From Octopus vulgaris (Eukaryota), in contig OX597832.1 in the NCBI GenBank assembly GCA_951406725.2, positions 18,290,001-18,354,000 on the forward strand: a stretch of 64,000 nucleotides of DNA. The letters run 5' to 3'. A program made the translations under genes and the position numbers. Of the stretch, positions 56,240-64,000 are shown one piece after another. Positions within the stretch are counted from its first letter, which is position 1. Every line of letters begins with the position of its first letter. The notes under the pieces were generated by a model. It was not told where the DNA came from and did no database searches. It saw nothing but the letters and a program-made list of their open reading frames with translations.

Positions 56240-56998
56240 TCTCTTGTAGTTATGAATTGAATAATGATCTACTCAACTGCTACGAAAAAGTGAAACGAAA
56301 CCCCACTGTTGGTTATGTGAATCGATTGAAATCATACTGGGGCGATCTTCAGCCAGAATTAAATCATTTTACTGCGAAGCATCTACGCCAAAAAGCAAAA
56401 TTTGTAGAACATAGAAGGAAGGTTACTAACGGTAACTTTATTCAGAAATCGAAAATTACCTGCTTCCCAACTCTATAAACAAAAACGAAAATGTGAATGA
56501 TATAAAACCACCACGTCGTTCCGCATCTAGCGACATTCCAACTGATTCTATATTGCCTGCCAACCAAACTACATTGCTGGCTCAAGTAATTGACTACTGT
56601 CCCTAAATTGATCCCTAAATGTAGAACCACCCACCTGGCAAGAAACTTGCCTGCCAGAAGTTAAGATATGAAATATATACAGCATATTTAAACCTCTTCC
56701 TTCAGGACCATTGTGAAACCAATAACATTATCGCAGCAGAACAAGCAGCTGGAAGAAGCGAGTCTGGGGTTATGGCGAGCAATTGTTTGTCAACAAAACT
56801 GTGATGTCAGAGGTATGAGAGCATAGGAGGAATCTAGTTTCAATGTGGCTAGACTACAAGAAAACTTTTGATTCTGTTCCCCACTCATGGATGCTGGAAG
56901 CCCTTAAACTTGCTAAAGTCCCAGTGAGAATAGTCAAAGCCATAGCTGACCTGATTTCATTGTGGGCCACAATCTTGAAATTAAACACAAAGAGTGCT
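56240..56998 (+). mobile_element. R4/Dong-like non-LTR element: N-terminal and RT fragments (internally deleted)
   Basis: DLLNCYEKVKRNPTVGYVNRLKSYWGDLQPELNHFTAKHLRQKA (N-terminal GY..R....W....P motif), then NNIIAAEQ, EQLFVNKTV, RRNLVSMWLDYKKTFDSVPHSWMLEALKL (R4-type RT DYKKAFDSVPH). Confidence 0.85.
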
Positions 56999-57677
56999 TC
57001 AGTACCAGTTGCGTATTGGGGTCAACCTAATCGACTGGCATCCTGCCCAAAAATTCCAGGCCTTGTTCCTAGAGTAGAATAGAATGCTTTAATTACTTTT
57101 CTTTCCAAATTCGAAACCGATATATTTTACAGAATTTTCAGCTCCATCTCCGTTAACCAAATTTATAGCAATACCAGCGATCAGATTTCCTTGTATCTCA
57201 GAATAATGATTTCTATTTTATGTCGACGCATCTGGTTTTTTAATACATAGAAATTTATAGAATTTCGTTTATCACAATAACAAATAAATCTCATTAACAT
57301 TCTCAAGAGTTATTACGTAATAAAACATTTACAGAGTGGAAGAAATTTATTAGCCATCCGAAAACACTCGAAGACAGTTATCTTCATTTAAACATTTACT
57401 ATTTGATTACTAAATTTTTGTCGCATCAACTGCGATTTGGCACTGATGATGCTCATTGAAATATTAAATAGCGTTCTCACTAACCTCTTTGGATCAGGTA
57501 CTAGAAAGATTCAGACGCCAACTAATAAATCTTCAAGGAATGTGATCAGTCTTTACATGCTCTGGGTAACTAAGGTGAATCTGTTACGCTTTAAATGCTT
57601 CAGTTTCCACCCGTATTCTTAGATGAAAACAATTGCTTGTCAGGCACACCTCCAAAATAATATTAACTACGTATCTC

Positions 57678-57946
57678 AAGGCGGGGAGCTGGAAGAAACG
57701 TTTGCACGCTGGGCGAAATGCTTAGCGGTACTTCGTCTGCCGTTACGTTCTGAGTTCAAATTCCACCGAGGTTGACTTTGCTTTTCATCGATAAAATAAG
57801 TACCGGTTACGCACTGGGGTCGATGTAATCGACTTAATCCCATTGTCTGTCCTTGTTTGTCACCTCTATGTTTAGCTCCTTGTGGGCATTAGAGAAATAA
57901 GAAACATTAGCACGCCGAGCGAAATACTTAGCGCTATTTCGTCTAC
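57678..57946 (+). mobile_element. SINE family A plus partial second unit
   Basis: Full copy to ~57899 (AGAAATAA), then restarts at GAAACATTAGCACGCCGAGCGAAATACTTAGCG. Confidence 0.9.
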
Positions 57947-58347
57947 CTACATACCTACCTATATACCTACATACATACATACTTATCTACCTACTTACCT
58001 ATCTATCTACCTATCTACCAACTTACCTACCTACCTACATACATAAATACATACCTATCTACCTTCCTATCTACCTACATACCTGCATACATACATACAT
58101 ACATATACACACACATACATACTTACCTACCTACATGCGTACATACATACCTATATATATATATACATATTTACACATGTAAGTGCATACATACGTACAT
58201 ATATACCTACATGCATACATACATACATACTTACCTACCTACCTACCTACCTACCTACCTACCTACCTACCTATCTGTCTGCCTAACTACCTACCGACAT
58301 GCATATATATATATATATATACGAACAAACATTTATATACATACATA

Positions 58348-59786
58348 TCTGACCCTACCATCACCAAACTAGAACGCATTCTCTTTCGCGTCTTGTGGAA
58401 AGGATGCGTCCCGATGGTCAGGCGATCCATTTGCTGTCAACACCCGTTAAAAAGAGGACTGGGCATTCCGTGGTTGATGATGCGCAGACACGCGCTGAGA
58501 CTGCGACATCTCAGGCTCTTCGTAGACGACGGTGAACAGGTGTGGTCGCCGTTTGTGAGGCATGCTTTTCCGCAGCTCGTCTCCATGACCGAACTGCAAT
58601 CGTGGATCAAAAAGAGGCCGAGGAGGGGCGAATGGCACCGCGAGTGTCGCGTTGCTCTCAAGCAACTCTGCCGTCCTGGGTCAACCTTGAGTGACTCCAT
58701 CACAACCAAAGCATTCTATAAGGGATTAGTGGAGGGGAGGTACGACGACGAGCTCGGGGCGAACCTGGACATCGACGAGGAATACCTGACCCGCCTGTTC
58801 GGGACGACTTTCGGGCCAGGGCCCATGGACAACTTCCAGAGATCCCTGGCCTGGCAGTGCTACCGAGAAGCGCTACCCGTTCGGGATAAGCTCTACAGAC
58901 ACGGCTCGAGAAACACGGGGCCGACCTGCCCGAGATGCGGTCAGAGTGACGAAACCTTTCTGCATGCACTCGTAGTGTCCAACAATTTTCGACCTGTGGG
59001 CTTATGTCGAACAACTGCTGTCACGTGTGGGACGAGTCGGTTTATCAGCTGAGTCTATCGTCAATATTGTCACGCCTCCTTCCTTCAAACGGGAAGGGAG
59101 AGCTATTTTCATCATCCTTGTGGATATGGCGAAAGAATGTATCTGGTGGACGCGTCTGAAAGGATTGGAGACAAACACTTTCCTCTCTGGTCAATCTCTC
59201 ATTAACTTCTTCAAGTACCACTTGAAAAGAAAAGTGTGGGTAGAGAGGCAAGTTTTGTCTAGCGAACGTTTTAAAAAAAGATGGGTGAATGTAGCAAGGA
59301 TGGCACGTATGAATGACGAAGCCACCTTGAGCATAATCCTATGAACCCAGAAATTAAAAACAGAGGGTTACCCATTTGCAAACAAATGTGGTAACATATA
59401 ACAATATTGACCAAGGTTACCGTGGTCTTTTTCGTAGGCTATTCTTCCCACGGATATACCTTACTTGCTTTCCCCTTTACACCATACATCATGATACTGT
59501 GATACACGATCTCTATTGATCGTTTTCTTTTCCTCTTCCCCTCTTTTTCCTCTTTTTTCTTCTTTTTTCATTTTTCTTTTCCTTTGTTCCTTTTCCCTTT
59601 TTTCTTTTTTTCTTTTCCGTTTTTTTTTGTTCTTTTTTCCCTTTTACGATCCCTTTTGATCGAAAACCTACGCCACCCTTTTTTTAATTCTTTTTTTTTG
59701 TTGGTTTTTTTTTCATCCCCCAAAAGAAAAGCTCTACCTTGTAACTTGTCCCATCTGTGTGCAGCCCTGTGTGGCCAATAAAGAAA
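58348..59786 (+). mobile_element. Tx1/L1-clade LINE, 5'-truncated (ORF2 C-terminal half plus 3' UTR)
   Basis: LERILFRVLWKG, HPLKRGLGIP (GGLG-like), LAWQCYREALPVRDKLYRH, zinc knuckle CPRC....ETFLHAL..C with one frameshift near 58975, stop at 59344, T-rich 3' UTR, tail AATAAAGAAA. Confidence 0.92.
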
Positions 59787-60134
59787 CTTATCTTTGGCAA
59801 TAGAAGGTTGTATTTGATTGCTAATACATGTAAGTAGACTTATATACAGGACTTTAAGTGTCTGTATTACAATTCGATGAACGTTGTACAAATCTAGAGT
59901 CCGTGGGACCATCGATTACAAACAACGTCTTTATCCCACGGGCATTAGATCGTTCAAGGGCTACAAAAATTTTAGGCCTGTTTGCAAGGCATTTGCAATA
60001 TCCTTAAAGAGTTGTGGTTAAAAGAATGCAAAGATATAAAGTAATAAGATAAAATAAAAAATATATGTGAAAAACAGAAAACACAAATGCATAATATACA
60101 TACGTATACACACACACACACACATATATATATA

Positions 60135-60353
60135 GCAGAAACGTTAGCACGCCGGGCGAAGTGCGTAGCCATATTTCGTCTGCCGTTACGTTCTGAGTTC
60201 AAATTCAGCCGAGGTCGACTTTGCCTTTCATCCTTTCGGGGTCGATAAATTTAAGTACCAGTTACGCACTGGGGTCGATATAATCGACTTAATCCGTTTG
60301 TCTGTCCTTGTTTGTCCCCTCTACGTTTAGCCCCTTGTGGGCAGTAAAGAAAT
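60135..60353 (+). mobile_element. SINE family A (young, slightly 5'-truncated)
   Basis: Very close to the family consensus seen in this window; in (TA)n. Confidence 0.93.
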
Positions 60354-60382
60354 ATATATTTATATATATATATATGCATGTT

Positions 60383-60420
<38 letters not shown>

Positions 60421-60481
60421 TACATAGAAATATATATGTATATATATATATATATGTGTGTGTGAGCGTGCATGCGTGTAA

Positions 60482-60526
<45 letters not shown>

Positions 60527-60574
60527 AAGCGAGATAGACAGAGAGAGACAGAGGCATCGATAGAGAGTGATAAA

Positions 60575-60623
60575 CAGACATATAGACAGACAGATAGAGA
60601 GATAGAGAGATAGATAGACAGAC

Positions 60624-60718
<95 letters not shown>

Positions 60719-60799
60719 AAAACAGATAGAGAGATAGAGATAGAGAGAGAGAGAAATAGATAGATATATAGATAGATAGATAGAAAAACAGGTAGAGAG

Positions 60800-60840
<41 letters not shown>

Positions 60841-60898
60841 TAGATAGATAGATAGACAGATAGATACATAGATAGATGGATGGATAGATGGATAGATA
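60575..60898. repeat. (GATA)n/(GA)n microsatellite region
   Basis: Direct inspection. Confidence 0.9.
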
Positions 60899-61191
60899 TT
60901 CTACCCCATGCTATTTAATCAAGTATACCTCTCCTGCTAAGAAACTGAAAGCATATTCTGAGTTAAAAACAAAACATTATCGTTGTGGGAATAAAAGCAG
61001 CGATGAGAACATACTTGCAAATATGTTGACATTAATATATGTGTAATATGTTCATTGGAATATGAAAATACGATCATAATAGGAGATATTTATTTAGCAT
61101 AGAAAATATTCCGTAGTTTTATTTATAACATGGCAGTGTTTGGCATCTTATATTCTCATACGCTGGATATCGAATACAAAATCATATGTGA

Positions 61192-61317
<126 letters not shown>

Positions 61318-61376
61318 ATATATATATATATAATGAGATATAAATAAATAGATAGATAGATAGTTATACGTTCATA

Positions 61377-61433
<57 letters not shown>

Positions 61434-61447
61434 TAGAGGGAGAGGTG

Positions 61448-61478
<31 letters not shown>

Positions 61479-61834
61479 GTAATTTATGCGTGTGTGTGTA
61501 TAGTGAAAGTACACAAATACAATATACAGCAACACAAACTACACCCTATTAGAAATGTTTGTATTATTTTGTCGTGTTTTTGCTCAGTTTTTGTGTGAAT
61601 TCAGTAAAATCTATAAGATTCCGAACTCTGTATGCTTGGATAGATACAGTGATAATATAAACAGTGATTCTTATATATATATATATGCCTATTTACATTA
61701 CATGTATACATGCATACACACATGAATATATATATCTATGTATCTACGTATGTTTGTTTGTATGTACACATGTTTACATTTAATGTAAATACGCATACAT
61801 ACGTGCTAGTATATGTGTGCGTAAGTATGTATGA

Positions 61835-61898
<64 letters not shown>

Positions 61899-62711
61899 AG
61901 ATACGTACAACCATCGATGCATATATCTAAATACATGTAAATGTTCCCATTCGTTTCAGTTGGTTGTGAATGTTAGAAAATCGAAGACTGTTGCACATAA
62001 AGAAATTGTATCGTAATATTCGAAGGAAGAACAATGTTGAGAAATTATTTCTAGTTGTTTAGTTTAACATGATACGGTCGGTTAAACTTGTATCTCTCCT
62101 TGGAAATGTACGCTTAGTTAAAGAAACTTCAATTGCTCTGTCATGTATGTAAAAATATTGAACGATTTCTTAGTTACAATGCGAAAGCAAAATGAGGGGA
62201 GGAAATATTCGTATGCATTGGAAACATATTATATATCAAAATTTGTTTTCTGGTAAAACTCAAGATATTTATGCGGTAAGACGAAAACAAGAAGGAAAGA
62301 AACCACAATATGAGAATGTAGAGATTGAATGAACAACGTTATTTTGGTAGAATGAAAACGAGAAATGAAACAGGTACAGCGTTTATTATGAAATAAAATA
62401 TAAATTATATTTATTTCTTACTGTTTATATAAACAAATTAAGTTAAAAACAAAATTTTTGACAAAATACTGAATTCTTTACATTCGCATCATGTTGATGT
62501 TTTTTCAAATATAATGTATAGCGAAGTATTGGATTCTATCGGACATTTAATGTAACTGAGTGTCCCTTTCGCTCAGTGATGGAAAATAGAACTAAATGCC
62601 GTAGGTTTAGATCTCAGGATAACATTGCTTACCTTATAAACTCCGACTTTTAATTTACTCTGTTGGATTATGCGTCGCATTTTAAGCTGATATATGCAAC
62701 AGTGAATGAAA

Positions 62712-62870
62712 GATGGCGAGTTGTTAGCAGGTCGTGAAAAATGCTTGGCAGTATTTGGTTCCTATTTCCGTTTTTAGCTCAAAGAGCGCCGAGGTCAACT
62801 TTGTCTTATACTTGCCGCGTTGATAGAATAAGTACCAGCTAAACACTGGGACCCATGTAATCAACTTAAC
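62712..62870 (+). mobile_element. Old diverged SINE A/A'
   Basis: GGCGAGTTGTTAGC, GCCGAGGTCAACTTTGTCTT, GATAGAATAAGTACCAG. Confidence 0.65.
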
Positions 62871-62877
62871 CTTCTGA

Positions 62878-63575
62878 GTCGTAAGAAGCTTGCTTCCCAA
62901 TCACATTGGGCAAGTGACCTCTACTATAGCCTCAGGCCGACCAAAGCCTTGTGAGTGGATTTCGTAGACGGAAACTGAAAGAAGCCCGTCGTATATATAT
63001 ACATATATATATGTACGCATGTGTGTCTTTGCGTCTGTGTTTGTCGCCCCACAATCGCTTGACAACCGATGTTGGTGTGTTTGTGTCACCCGAAACGTAG
63101 TGGTTCGGCAACGGAGACAGATAGAATAAGTACTAGGCACATGTTCGCACACAACTACCTCCTAAGCAGACCAAGTGCAGATATGAGTAGCATATGGGAA
63201 CCGGTATTAAGGAAGGATAGGAAAATATTAGATATAGAAACCCTAAAATTCACTCCATAATTGCCCACGGGCAATATGGTGTAGTGGTTAAGAGCGCGGG
63301 CTACTAACCCCAAGTTTCCGAATGACCTGAATAATAATAATAATAACATCGTAAAATACCATAGGAAGGAGAACCCAGGTTCAAAATTTCTCAAGACATC
63401 TTATGAAGGCTTGGAGGGTATACAAGCCGAAACGTTGTGTTAACAACAAAGAAGATGACAAATATCCGCCAAGCGTAAATAATGTTACAATGAATAAGTT
63501 CTGAATTCCATTTGTTCGACAAAGGAGCTGCTCCAGCATGGCCGCAGTCAAATGACTGAAACAAGTGGAAGAGTA
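62878..63575 (+). mobile_element. SINE family B interrupted by a ~370-bp insertion
   Basis: Family B sequence to AATAAGTACTAGGC (~63138); resumes at TTGTTCGAC...GCTCCAGCATGGCCGCAGTCAAATGACTGAAAC (~63511-63575). Confidence 0.85.
63269..63487 (+). mobile_element. tRNA-headed SINE with hammerhead-like 3' module
   Basis: Head GGGCAATATGGTGTAGTGGTTAAGAGCGCGGGCTACTAACCCCAAG (A-box, anticodon-arm-like); 3' motif GACAT-CTTATGA-A-GGCTTG-GAGGGTATA-CAAGCC-GAAAC-GTT-GTGTT at ~63395-63441. Confidence 0.7.
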
Positions 63576-63669
63576 AATACATTCAACAGTGTCACAATTA
63601 AGTGTGCTGTCCCTTTCTCGTAATTAGCCACAGCTTAGATGTTGTGCATTTGGTATTACTGATAAGTGA

Positions 63670-63990
63670 TCTTTGAGATGTTTCAGTCACTGGGTTGCGG
63701 AAATACTGGAGCATCACTTTGAAGGTTTTTTTTTCTTTTTGGTAGAGCAATTAAAACCCCAGTAATTATATATATATTTCAGAGGTTGGTACTTATTTTT
63801 ATGTGCATATTTTGACGAAAAGCTAACGAGGCGTCGAACAAATCAGCAAACAGTTATCAAACAGTGGAGGGAGAGAAACACAAAGACAGACAAATGCAGA
63901 CAAGCACACACACACACTCACACACACACACACACACATACATACCCACACAACATGCACACACAAACGCACACATATGTTCTACGGGCT
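63670..63990 (-). mobile_element. Diverged SINE family B
   Basis: TGTTTCAGTCA...CTGGAGCA...GTACTTATT...(CA)n...TACGGGCTT matches the reverse complement of family B. Confidence 0.6.
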
Positions 63991-64000
63991 TTGATACAGT

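Noticed and set aside
58183-59344. 289-aa and 105-aa ORFs as a host gene
   Set aside because: They are a frameshifted, 5'-truncated Tx1/L1 ORF2; the apparent N-terminus is microsatellite.

Overview
AT-rich, microsatellite-saturated eukaryotic DNA with no host protein-coding exon I can support; probably intronic or intergenic. The repeat repertoire points to a coleoid cephalopod, most likely Octopus (inference from recalled SINE families). Almost all ORFs in the track are translations of simple repeats. The real content is mobile-element material: three tRNA-headed SINE superfamilies, fragments of Tx1/L1, R4/Dong (RLE), RTE and CR1 LINEs, mariner and maT/Tc1 transposase relics, several MITEs and a tandem non-autonomous Helitron. 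The most interesting signal is a set of hammerhead-ribozyme (HHR)-bearing non-coding elements. (1) A complete type I HHR at 35517-35580 (-) lies inside a ~504-bp terminally redundant monomer, with a diverged, differently phased relative at ~52.1-52.8 kb, giving a retrozyme/Penelope-like picture. (2) A ~200-bp family carries a non-canonical CUGUNGA core in three copies, and a relative carries CCGACGA. (3) A tRNA-headed SINE ends in an HHR-like motif. Also notable: a SINE whose 3' tail matches the Tx1 LINE tail and repeatedly abuts its own internal sequence, a 270-bp near-perfect inverted repeat, mirror-image R4/Dong ends, and a 5'-inverted RTE insertion. All alignments and folds were done by eye, so coordinates of degenerate elements are approximate.
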